Below, piece after piece: positions 49,585 through 58,220 of a DNA stretch of 58,220 nucleotides (the stretch's first letter is position 1; every line of letters starts with the position of its first letter). The translations under genes and the position numbers were made by a program. Where the stretch lies: the sequence record DRR723986_34976; one strand, given 5' to 3'. The notes below the pieces were generated by a model, which was not told where the DNA came from, did no database searches, and saw only the letters and a list, made by a program, of their open reading frames with translations.

Positions 49585-50592
49585 ATGTTAAAAAATGATG
49601 CGTTTATATTAACCTTGGCTTACCCGGAAACTATTGTGTCTCATGCTGAGGAGTGGTATTCACCTTTATTAAAATATGTTTCTATTGGTAATAAAAAACA
49701 TGTTAGAGCAGGTCATGCCGCGTTAGTCTTAATTAGTAAGGATACTGGTGTTTTGGAGTATCATGATTTCGGTAGATATATTGCACCTTCACCAAATGGA
49801 CGTGTTAGAAGTAGAGAAACAGATTTTGAATTAAACTTTCCCATAACTGCTACAATAAAAAATGATAACATTGAAAATTTAGAAGAGATTTTAGTCTTTT
49901 TAGCTACTCATCCTAAATTAACACATGGTGATGGCAATTTGTATGCCTCGGTATGTAATACTATTGATTATAACTCGGCACGCACTCACATTATTAAAAT
50001 GCAGAATAAAGATTTTATTAGGTATGCTGCCTTTATTAAGGATGCTTGTAATTGCGCTCGTTTTGTTACGGATACTTTAATTGCCTCAGTAACAGATGTA
50101 AGTATTAATAAAAAATTAAGGAAATCAAAGTGGTTTACACCCAGTACCATAGGAAATGTTGTTATTGCGGATACAGAGAACCATGTTTATTTAGTTTCTG
50201 AGGAGGGTGATATAAAAGAGTTTCAATCAACAGTCAGTAAGGAAAACAGACGGCTATTTTTAGATAGACTAGGAGATTATAACCCAAGCTTAGTTGGTAC
50301 CTTAGAGCCTAAACATAATGCGATAAAATCTAATCACGCACAATGGCTTGGAGGTGTAGCCGCTGGCGCCTGGTTTGAAATTTATGATTTAAATAGTACG
50401 GTAGAGTATAGATTTAGACGTATTTCTCCTTATGGTAATGTGGACGCTGATGGGATTTATAAAGCGACATCTAGTGGCTTTAAAATAGATGTAGATTATA
50501 AATTCATTCATTACTCAAACTGTCTTTTTTATCATGTAGATCAGAAATCTACACAATACAGGTTTGAATTTTTAGATCATTTTAAAGATTAA
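49585..50592 (+). CDS. Conserved hypothetical protein (DUF6695-like)
   Basis: Long ORF with AGHAALV, DFGRY and CNCARFV; the family label is from memory and unverified. Confidence 0.65.
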   Translation: MLKNDAFILTLAYPETIVSHAEEWYSPLLKYVSIGNKKHVRAGHAALVLISKDTGVLEYHDFGRYIAPSPNGRVRSRETDFELNFPITATIKNDNIENLEEILVFLATHPKLTHGDGNLYASVCNTIDYNSARTHIIKMQNKDFIRYAAFIKDACNCARFVTDTLIASVTDVSINKKLRKSKWFTPSTIGNVVIADTENHVYLVSEEGDIKEFQSTVSKENRRLFLDRLGDYNPSLVGTLEPKHNAIKSNHAQWLGGVAAGAWFEIYDLNSTVEYRFRRISPYGNVDADGIYKATSSGFKIDVDYKFIHYSNCLFYHVDQKSTQYRFEFLDHFKD

Positions 50593-50975
50593 TTAAGAGC
50601 AAAAGGCGCGCTTAATTTAAAAGAAGGAATATACACTTTAAACTTACTAGCTTTAGTGAAATTCACCATATTGTAATGGCCTTGCATAGCACCAAAAGGC
50701 GATGTTAGTAGACAGCCAGAATTGTATGTGTGTTTTTCACCAGGTTTAAGAACTGGTTTTTTTCCAATAACACCTTCTCCTTCAATAATTTCTTCATTAT
50801 TTAAGGCATCTAGTATTTTCCAATGTCTTGAGTTTAATTGAACAGAATCTTTGCTTTGGTTTTCGATCGTTACTTTATAACCAAAAGCAAAATGTACTTT
50901 ATAATTCTTATAAAATGTACCTTCAAAATCGGTTTCTACAGAAATTTTAATTCCGCTTGTAACTTGTTGTACCAT
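50589..50975 (-). CDS. apaG: ApaG protein
   Basis: Motifs VQLNSRHWKI, GEGVIGKKP and YNSGC..GAMQG. Confidence 0.95.
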   Translation of the reverse strand: MVQQVTSGIKISVETDFEGTFYKNYKVHFAFGYKVTIENQSKDSVQLNSRHWKILDALNNEEIIEGEGVIGKKPVLKPGEKHTYNSGCLLTSPFGAMQGHYNMVNFTKASKFKVYIPSFKLSAPFALN

Positions 50976-51113
50976 TAGTTTTTCTAAATTCTATGCTAAA
51001 ATAAGATAATTTTTTAATGAGACACCTAAAAATCGATGAAGTGATCATTATATTTAACTAACGTTTAATATCAGCTATATATAGCTCTTAATAGATGTTA
51101 AAAAACAATACAA

Positions 51114-52364
51114 TTAATTAGATATGTCTATAGAAGTAGCCTCTCCGTAACCTATAAGTCTATCATACCTAGCTCCTAAATCTCGGTAATAGACTAGTGT
51201 TTTATAGTTGTTTTCAGTTTGCCAAAAATTTCCACTTATAGCTCCTTCATTCAATTCTCCAGTTTCTTTATCTACTATAACATATTTGTAATTATAAAAA
51301 CCTTGCTTTAGACGCATCATAACTTCATATAAACCGCTCTCAGGATTATACTCCATTTTTGTTAGTGGTTCTATAGCAAAAGCATTAAAATTTCCATAAA
51401 CATGAATATCCTTGTCTTTGACTTCAGGATGTAGTAATGAGAAATGTATCATTGTGTAATCTGCTTCAACATCTACATCAGATCTGTCAATGGCAGTAAT
51501 TTGAAAGTTACCATTGATGTCAGGGTTGTAGGTATAAGGATTGTTTTTTCTAGATTGATTTGTGAAGAGATAATTGTGATAAATTTCTTTTAGGTCTATA
51601 TACTGAACACCAACATTTGCTGCTCTCACATCTTTGTTTTCAAAAAAGAGATATTCATTTCCGCCCCAAAATGCAGATTCTGTGTCATATCTGAAAATTA
51701 ATTCATTACCTAAAGTGTACTGTGGTTTAAGGTCTGAAATAGCTGTATTTAAATTATTGTTTTGAATGATTAAAGTTTTAATAGTTTCAAGTGGATTATT
51801 AAAATTCACACTATTTGAATTAATTACAATATCTACAGATTGTTTTTCTGCTATGACCTTTACATCTCTAGATCGCTTAACCTGTACACCCACATTAACT
51901 AAATCTTCGTATACCATAAATTTTCTAGTAAACATTAACTCATCATAATCATCATAAATGGAAATCATATAGTTTCCTGTTTTAAGTAATCCTCTGGTTT
52001 GTAGATTAGGCACTTGTAATTTGTAGTGAGAATATACCTCATATGTGTTGAATGAGTTATAGTATTCTAATATTCTTTGATTGTCTAAACCTCTTAGGTA
52101 TTCTGCTTTTGCTAAAACAGAAGGTGTCCAATCATAATTAAAATGCTCAATTACATAATAAAAGTCTTCTTCATTGGCATTTAGTGCATCGAACTCTAGA
52201 ACTAAGGGCTCTCCTAATCGTAGAATTGGTAATTGCCCTTGTGTTGTGTTACTTTTAAATTTTATGGTCTTTATAAAGTCTGGCGGTGAAACTTCTTTAA
52301 CCTGACTATTTAAAAAACATGAGCCTGTTAATAGAAATATGAGTAGAAATAAGTTGTTTTTCAT
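51114..52364 (-). CDS. DUF5103 protein, T9SS plug-like
   Basis: Signal peptide, FWGGNEY, DINGNF, LKQGFYNYKY, TENNY and RYDRLIG. Confidence 0.75.
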   Translation of the reverse strand: MKNNLFLLIFLLTGSCFLNSQVKEVSPPDFIKTIKFKSNTTQGQLPILRLGEPLVLEFDALNANEEDFYYVIEHFNYDWTPSVLAKAEYLRGLDNQRILEYYNSFNTYEVYSHYKLQVPNLQTRGLLKTGNYMISIYDDYDELMFTRKFMVYEDLVNVGVQVKRSRDVKVIAEKQSVDIVINSNSVNFNNPLETIKTLIIQNNNLNTAISDLKPQYTLGNELIFRYDTESAFWGGNEYLFFENKDVRAANVGVQYIDLKEIYHNYLFTNQSRKNNPYTYNPDINGNFQITAIDRSDVDVEADYTMIHFSLLHPEVKDKDIHVYGNFNAFAIEPLTKMEYNPESGLYEVMMRLKQGFYNYKYVIVDKETGELNEGAISGNFWQTENNYKTLVYYRDLGARYDRLIGYGEATSIDISN

Positions 52365-52485
52365 TACGTAAATTAACTAATGCATAAAGATAATCAAATT
52401 CTGTGCCTTTGTTTACTTAACTTATTTATAATGACTATAAATAAAAAAGATGTTTTAATATGAAAATTATTTAAGCATTAATTCG

Positions 52486-52493
52486 TAAATTTG
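52486..52493 (+). promoter_or_regulatory. -7 element for the nqr operon
   Basis: TAAATTTG within CGTAAATTTGCAC. Confidence 0.75.
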
Positions 52494-52526
52494 CACGGAT
52501 TTTTAGATAACTAATCTTTAAAGTAT

Positions 52527-53876
52527 ATGTCAAAAGACATCAGAATTAAAAAGGGTCTAGATATAAAGTTAGTCGGTGAAGCCGAGCAAACTACCGAAAA
52601 TGCTATAATTAGCAATTTCTACTCTGTAAGACCTGAAGATTTCCACAGTATTATTCCAAAACTTGTTGCAAAAGAGGGTACACGTGTTAAAGCGGGTGAA
52701 ACTTTGTTTTACAATAAAGATAATGAAGCAATGAAGTTTGTTTCTCCAGTTTCTGGAGAAGTAACTGAGGTGCAACGTGGACCAAGACGTCGAATCGACG
52801 CTATTAAAATTACTGCAGACAAAGAGCAAGCACACGTAGATCATGGTAAATTTGATTTATCATCTGACGCGGAGAAAGTAAAATCACATTTGCTGGCTTC
52901 TGGTTGTTGGGCTTTTATAAAACAACGTCCTTACGATGTTGTGGCAAGAGCAGACAGTACTCCAAAGGCAATTTTTGTATCAGGTTACGCGAGTGCGCCT
53001 TTAGCTGCTAATTTAGATTATACCCTAACTGGTAAAGAAGCGGAATTACAAGCAGCTGTTACTGCATTATCAAAATTGACTGATGGTGGAATTCATATTT
53101 CTGTTGGGAATTCTAATTCTCCATTAGCTAATTTAGATTACACAACAACTTACAAAGTTTCAGGACCACACCCGTCGGGTAACGTTGGTACTTTAATCAA
53201 TAAAGTAAGTCCTGTAAATAAAGGTGAAGTTGTTTGGACGGTTAATGCGCAAGATCTGGTTATTATTGGGGAGCTTTTATTAACCGGAAAATTTAATGCT
53301 GAGCGTGTTGTTGCTTTGGCTGGTTCATCAGTTAAGAAACCGAGGTATTTCAGAACTAAGATAGGTTCTGAAATTTCAACTATGGTATATGATAATGGTG
53401 TTGAACAAGATGGTAACGATCGTATCATTTCTGGTAATGTATTATCCGGAAAACACGTACAACCTGATGGTTTTTTAGATTATTACAGTAATGTAATTAC
53501 TGTAATTCCTGAAGGTGATGATTATGAATTCTTTGGTTGGAATAAGCCAGTTTTCAATAAAATTTCTACTTCAAGAGCTTTAACCTTTTCTTGGTTAACT
53601 CCAAAAAAGAAGTTTGATTTAAATACAAATACAAATGGTGAGCATCGTGCATTTGTAACTACTGGAACCTACGAAGAAGTATTTCCTTTAGATATATATC
53701 CGATGCAGATTTTAAAAGCTTGTATGTATCAAGATTTAGACGAAATGGAAGCTTTAGGAATGTATGAAGTTGCACCAGAAGATTTTGCATTAACAGAATT
53801 TGTATGTGTATCTAAACAGCCACATCAAAAAATTATAAGAGAAGGTTTAGACTTAATGCTAAAAGAGATAGGATAA
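52527..53876 (+). CDS. nqrA: Na+-translocating NADH:quinone reductase subunit A
   Basis: Motifs IRIKKGLDI, GPHPSGNVG, IISGNVLSG and PEDFALTEFVC. Confidence 0.95.
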   Translation: MSKDIRIKKGLDIKLVGEAEQTTENAIISNFYSVRPEDFHSIIPKLVAKEGTRVKAGETLFYNKDNEAMKFVSPVSGEVTEVQRGPRRRIDAIKITADKEQAHVDHGKFDLSSDAEKVKSHLLASGCWAFIKQRPYDVVARADSTPKAIFVSGYASAPLAANLDYTLTGKEAELQAAVTALSKLTDGGIHISVGNSNSPLANLDYTTTYKVSGPHPSGNVGTLINKVSPVNKGEVVWTVNAQDLVIIGELLLTGKFNAERVVALAGSSVKKPRYFRTKIGSEISTMVYDNGVEQDGNDRIISGNVLSGKHVQPDGFLDYYSNVITVIPEGDDYEFFGWNKPVFNKISTSRALTFSWLTPKKKFDLNTNTNGEHRAFVTTGTYEEVFPLDIYPMQILKACMYQDLDEMEALGMYEVAPEDFALTEFVCVSKQPHQKIIREGLDLMLKEIG

Positions 53877-55102
53877 TGGGTTTAAAAAGTAATTTACATA
53901 ATTTCAAAGAAAAGAATAAAGACAAGAAGTGGTTGCCAGGTTTTAATGCACTCTTCACGTTTTTATATATGCCAAATGAGACGACTCACAATGGAACTCA
54001 TATAAAGGCAGCGGATGATTTAAAGCGTACTATGAATACAGTAATCATGGCATTAGTGCCATGTTTAATATTCGGTATGTTTAATGCAGGATATCAGCAT
54101 TATCTTGCTCAAGGTTTAATAGAATCTGCAGAAGGATTTTTAGGTTCTTCATTTTGGACACTCGATAACTTTATAGTTGGTGCTTGGACAGTTTTACCTT
54201 TGGTAGTAGTTTCCTATGGTGTTGGTTTGGCAGTAGAGTTTGTATTTGCTATCATCAAAGGACACGAAGTAGAAGAAGGTTATTTAGTAACTGGTATGTT
54301 AGTCCCTTTAATTGTTCCTGTGGATATTCCATTATGGATGTTAGCTGTGGCAGTAATCTTTGGTGTAGTAATTGGTAAAGAAGTTTTTGGTGGTACAGGA
54401 ATGAATATCCTTAATCCAGCATTAACGATTAGAGCTTTTTTATTCTTTGCTTATCCAACTTGGATGTCTGGTGATAAGGTTTGGGTACATGGAGCGGTAG
54501 AACGCGATCAAATGATAGCAGCAGGTCAAAATGTAGATGCTATTTCTGGTGAGACACTGTTAGGCGCATATGCCCAAAACAGTTCTTTAGCTGGAATAGA
54601 TTATTGGGATATGTTCTGGGGAATTATACCAGGTTCAGTAGGTGAGACCTCTAAATTCTTAATCATAATAGGAGCATTATTCTTAATCTTTACCAAGATA
54701 GGAAGCTGGAGAATTATGTTAAGTACTGTGATTGGTGCTTTAGCAATGGGATTAATTTTTAATGGTGTTGTAGATGCAGGTTGGATAGGAAGTACCAGTA
54801 AGTTTTACGGCTTAATGAGTGTACCATTCTGGCAACACTTAATTATAGGTAGTGTATTATTTGGCGCAGTTTATATGGCAACAGATCCAGTAACAGCATC
54901 ACAAACAAATAATGGAAAATGGATTTATGGTTTCCTAATAGGTTTCATATCTATTATGATTCGTGTATTCAATCCAGCATATCCAGAAGGTGTATTCTTA
55001 GCCATTTTACTAATGAATGTATTTGCACCAACCATTGACCATTATGTGGTACAAGGAAATGTAAAACGTCGTTTAAAACGTGCAAAAGTTAAAGTAGCTT
55101 AA
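53876..55102 (+). CDS. nqrB: Na+-NQR subunit B
   Basis: Motifs DLKRTM, KEVFGGTG, DAISGET (FMN site) and MATDPV. Confidence 0.95.
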   Translation: MGLKSNLHNFKEKNKDKKWLPGFNALFTFLYMPNETTHNGTHIKAADDLKRTMNTVIMALVPCLIFGMFNAGYQHYLAQGLIESAEGFLGSSFWTLDNFIVGAWTVLPLVVVSYGVGLAVEFVFAIIKGHEVEEGYLVTGMLVPLIVPVDIPLWMLAVAVIFGVVIGKEVFGGTGMNILNPALTIRAFLFFAYPTWMSGDKVWVHGAVERDQMIAAGQNVDAISGETLLGAYAQNSSLAGIDYWDMFWGIIPGSVGETSKFLIIIGALFLIFTKIGSWRIMLSTVIGALAMGLIFNGVVDAGWIGSTSKFYGLMSVPFWQHLIIGSVLFGAVYMATDPVTASQTNNGKWIYGFLIGFISIMIRVFNPAYPEGVFLAILLMNVFAPTIDHYVVQGNVKRRLKRAKVKVA

Positions 55103-55104
55103 TT

Positions 55105-55899
55105 ATGGAAAAGAGAACAGATAAAAATTCATATACCATCATATTTGCAATTGGAATGGTATTGGTTGTGGGATCTTTGTTGGCTTTTTTAGCATCATCG
55201 CTTAAACCAAGAATAAGTGAGAATCAAAGATTAGAAAAACAGCAGAATATTCTATATGCAATGGGTATTAATGACAATGATGAAACAAGTGCTGTTTTTA
55301 TTTCAACTGATAAAGCTCCCGAAGCATTTACTGAAAATGTAGCAGACCAAATTGTTATTACAGTTGATGCTAATGGTAAAGTTGTTAAAAGACAAACACG
55401 TGATGAGTATTTTGAAGAAACTAATCAAGAGCCATATTTAATTGATGTAAAAAAACAGCAAGCAAGTGCAAAAGATGGAGGAGAAAGAAAATTACCGTTG
55501 TTTGTTGGTAAAAATGCTGATGGAAAAACAGTTTACGTTGCGCCGATTTACGGTAAAGGACTATGGGATGCAATTTGGGGTTATGTAGCTATGGATGAAA
55601 ATATGGTAGTACAAGGTGCTTATTTTGATCATAAGGGAGAAACACCAGGACTTGGTGCCAATATCAAGCAGCGTTATTTTATGGACGATTTTTACGGAGA
55701 ACATTTGTTAAATGAAAATGGTGCTTTTAAAGGTATCACAGTTGCTAAAGGAAATGCAGACCCAAAGAATAATGATAAGAAAGATAACGAAGTAGATGCC
55801 ATTGCTGGTGCTACAATTACAGGTGATGGAGTTTCAGCCATGATTAAAAATGACTTGAAGCTTTACAAGCCTTATTTTGATAATTTAAAAACTAAATAA
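55105..55899 (+). CDS. nqrC: Na+-NQR subunit C
   Basis: Motifs GKGLW, HKGETPGLG and DAIAGATITG. Confidence 0.95.
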   Translation: MEKRTDKNSYTIIFAIGMVLVVGSLLAFLASSLKPRISENQRLEKQQNILYAMGINDNDETSAVFISTDKAPEAFTENVADQIVITVDANGKVVKRQTRDEYFEETNQEPYLIDVKKQQASAKDGGERKLPLFVGKNADGKTVYVAPIYGKGLWDAIWGYVAMDENMVVQGAYFDHKGETPGLGANIKQRYFMDDFYGEHLLNENGAFKGITVAKGNADPKNNDKKDNEVDAIAGATITGDGVSAMIKNDLKLYKPYFDNLKTK

Positions 55900-55904
55900 A
55901 CAAT

Positions 55905-56549
55905 ATGGGACTTCTTTCAAAAAAAGATACTAAGTTAATTACAGACCCATTAGCGGATAATAATCCAATTACCATTCAGGTACTTGGTATATGTTCTGCA
56001 TTAGCAATTACAGCAGAGCTTGAAGCGTCTATCGTAATGTCTATTTCTGTATTATTTGTAATGGGTGTTGGTAATGTTGTTATTTCTTTAATGCGTAACA
56101 TTATTCCTTCAAAAATTAGAATTATTGCACAATTAATTGTTGTAGCTACTTTGGTAATAATTGTTGATTTAGTACTCAAAGCTTTTGCCTACGAACTAAG
56201 TAAAACACTATCCGTATTTGTTGGTCTTATTATCACCAACTGTATTATCATGGGAAGGTTTGAAGCTTTTGCCTTAGGTAACGGCCCTTGGAGATCATTT
56301 TTAGATGGTATCGGAAACGCCTTAGGTTATGCGGTTATATTAATTATAGTCGGATTTTTTAGAGAGCTTTTAGGTTCTGGTACTTTATTAGGTATTCCAG
56401 TACTTGGAGATCCAATTGAAAAAACAGGATTATATTCAATAGGTTATGAAAATAACGGTTTTATGTTATTATCACCTATGGCATTGATTGTAGTGGGTAT
56501 CATTATTTGGGTACAACGTAGTAGAAATAAAGCATTAATTGAGGATTAA
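55905..56549 (+). CDS. nqrD: Na+-NQR subunit D
   Basis: Motifs NPITIQVLGICSALA and VGLIITNCIIMGR. Confidence 0.96.
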   Translation: MGLLSKKDTKLITDPLADNNPITIQVLGICSALAITAELEASIVMSISVLFVMGVGNVVISLMRNIIPSKIRIIAQLIVVATLVIIVDLVLKAFAYELSKTLSVFVGLIITNCIIMGRFEAFALGNGPWRSFLDGIGNALGYAVILIIVGFFRELLGSGTLLGIPVLGDPIEKTGLYSIGYENNGFMLLSPMALIVVGIIIWVQRSRNKALIED

Positions 56550-56613
56550 AAGCCCTCTTCAGTTGGTCAGTAATCATTTGATAACTGAAACTGAGACTGA
56601 AAACTTATAAAAA

Positions 56614-57351
56614 ATGGAACACGTAGAGTTATTTTTTAAATCGATATTCATAGATAATATGGTATTTGCTACATTCTTAGGAATGTGTTCTTACCTTGCT
56701 GTATCTAAAAAAGTGTCAACTGCAGTTGGTCTTGGAGCTGCTGTAATTTTCGTATTGGCAATTACAGTACCTTTAAACTGGTTGTTAGATCAATATGTTT
56801 TACAGCCTGGTGCTTTAGCCTGGTTAGGTCCAGAATATGCTGACTATGATCTAAGCTTCTTATCATTTATTATGTTTATTGCTACCATTGCAACCATGGT
56901 ACAATTAGTTGAAATTGTTGTTGAGAAATTCTCACCATCATTATATAACTCTTTAGGTATCTTTTTACCATTAATTGCTGTAAACTGTGCTATTTTAGGT
57001 GGGTCATTATTTATGCAATCTAGAGAGATTGAAACTTTAGGTTTAGCATTAAACTACGGAATTGGTTCTGGTATCGGATGGTTCCTAGCAATTTTAGCAA
57101 TTGCTGCTATTCGTGAGAAAATTAGATATAGTAATGTGCCACCAGCTTTAAGAGGTTTAGGTATTACATTTATAATTACTGGATTAATGGCAATCGGATT
57201 TATGAGTTTTGGTGGTATGTTAACAGGAGGTGATGAAGAAGCAAAGTCAGAAGACCAAGCTGCTACAATTGAAGTAATAAAAGAAGACGTTAAAAAAGAA
57301 GAAGCTAAGCTTAAGTCTGACTTAGAGATAGCCGAAAATACAAACAAGTAA
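56614..57351 (+). CDS. nqrE: Na+-NQR subunit E
   Basis: Motifs [14 protein letters not shown] and [10 protein letters not shown]; charged C-terminal extension. Confidence 0.96.
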   Translation: MEHVELFFKSIFIDNMVFATFLGMCSYLAVSKKVSTAVGLGAAVIFVLAITVPLNWLLDQYVLQPGALAWLGPEYADYDLSFLSFIMFIATIATMVQLVEIVVEKFSPSLYNSLGIFLPLIAVNCAILGGSLFMQSREIETLGLALNYGIGSGIGWFLAILAIAAIREKIRYSNVPPALRGLGITFIITGLMAIGFMSFGGMLTGGDEEAKSEDQAATIEVIKEDVKKEEAKLKSDLEIAENTNK

Positions 57352-57354
57352 TTG

Positions 57355-58220
57355 ATGAGTATGATGATATTAGCCGCAAATACAGTTGGAACAATAGTAG
57401 CAACAGTAGCAGCCTTTTTATTGGTGACGCTTTTGTTGGTAGCATTATTGTTATTCGTAAAACAAAAACTATCGCCATCTGGTCCTGTAAAGATTTTGAT
57501 TAATGGTGAGCGTGAAATTGAAGTAGCTTCAGGTAGCACGCTTTTAAATACACTTGGTAGTAACAAAGTATTCTTACCATCAGCTTGTGGTGGAGGTGGA
57601 ACTTGTATTCAATGCGAGTGTCATGTATTATCTGGTGGAGGAGAAGCGTTACCAACAGAAACACCTCATTTCTCAAGAAAAGAATTACAACACGGAGCAC
57701 GTTTAGCATGCCAAGTAAAGGTAAAGCAAGATATGGAGATTACCATTCCAGAGGAGGTATTTGGTATTAAGAAATGGGAAGCGACCGTTGTTAGAAATTA
57801 TAACGTAGCATCATTTATTAAGGAATTTGTTGTTGAAATTCCAGAAGATATGGGTTACAAAGCTGGTGGATATATTCAGATTGAAATTCCAGAATGTACA
57901 ATTAACTATAAAGATATAGATATAACTGCGCATCCAGAAGAGCATGAAACACCAGATAAGTTTCAAGCAGAATGGGATAAGTTTGGACTATGGCCATTAG
58001 TAATGAAAAATACTGAAACTGTAGAGAGAGCTTATTCAATGGCATCTTACCCAGCTGAAGGCCGTGAGATTATGCTGAACGTTCGTATTGCGACTCCACC
58101 ATGGGATCGTGCAAAAAACGGGTGGATGGATGTAAATCCTGGTGTAGCATCATCTTATATTTTTGCTCAGAAACCAGGTGATAAAGTGACTATTTCTGGA
58201 CCTTATGGTGAATTCTTCAT
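57355..58220 (+). CDS. nqrF: Na+-NQR subunit F (partial, runs off the window; absent from the ORF track)
   Basis: Frame from ATG 57355 gives SACGGGGTCIQCEC, RLACQVKV, RAYSMASYP and ISGPYGEFF. Confidence 0.95.
   Translation, partial: MSMMILAANTVGTIVATVAAFLLVTLLLVALLLFVKQKLSPSGPVKILINGEREIEVASGSTLLNTLGSNKVFLPSACGGGGTCIQCECHVLSGGGEALPTETPHFSRKELQHGARLACQVKVKQDMEITIPEEVFGIKKWEATVVRNYNVASFIKEFVVEIPEDMGYKAGGYIQIEIPECTINYKDIDITAHPEEHETPDKFQAEWDKFGLWPLVMKNTETVERAYSMASYPAEGREIMLNVRIATPPWDRAKNGWMDVNPGVASSYIFAQKPGDKVTISGPYGEFF

Noticed and set aside
3003..57770. Numerous antisense or nested ORFs in the track (for example 29074..29637, 38263..38682, 57054..57566)
   Set aside because: They are shadows of well-supported genes with no independent motifs or signals.

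Overview
AT-rich chromosomal window from a Flavobacteriaceae (Bacteroidota) bacterium, probably marine, as suggested by TAnnTTTG promoters, T9SS genes, Na+-NQR and a short sigma-70. Bases 1-2200 are a non-coding, repeat-rich and decaying zone. It holds REP-like mini-hairpin elements, a six-unit 22-bp-period array built on an AAGTTGCGCAACTT palindrome, a heptamer run, and relics of gmd and fcl. Bases 2209-24830 are a Wzx/Wzy-type capsule/EPS locus ending in wza-wzc, with many predicted decorating enzymes: nitroreductase-fold protein plus pyruvyltransferase, sulfotransferase (nonsense-disrupted), AT3 acyltransferase (premature stop), PIG-L deacetylase plus double-GNAT, FkbM methyltransferase, and MBOAT plus SGNH. 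The rest is core genome: CBS protein, rpe, rpoD, pnp, rpsO, accD, fbaA, tamL-like Omp85, trmH family, porT, menG, trkAH, aminotransferase, desaturase, rsmG, a T9SS cargo hydrolase, pruA, apaG, T9SS plug and nqrA-F. The best candidates for undescribed biology are the 22-bp palindromic array, the nitroreductase/pyruvyltransferase and deacetylase/GNAT glycan-tailoring pairs, a tandem triplet of small membrane proteins that shares an ECF-type promoter with rpoD, and structured RNA candidates 3' of rpoD and 5' of pnp. All calls are by eye; no searches were run.
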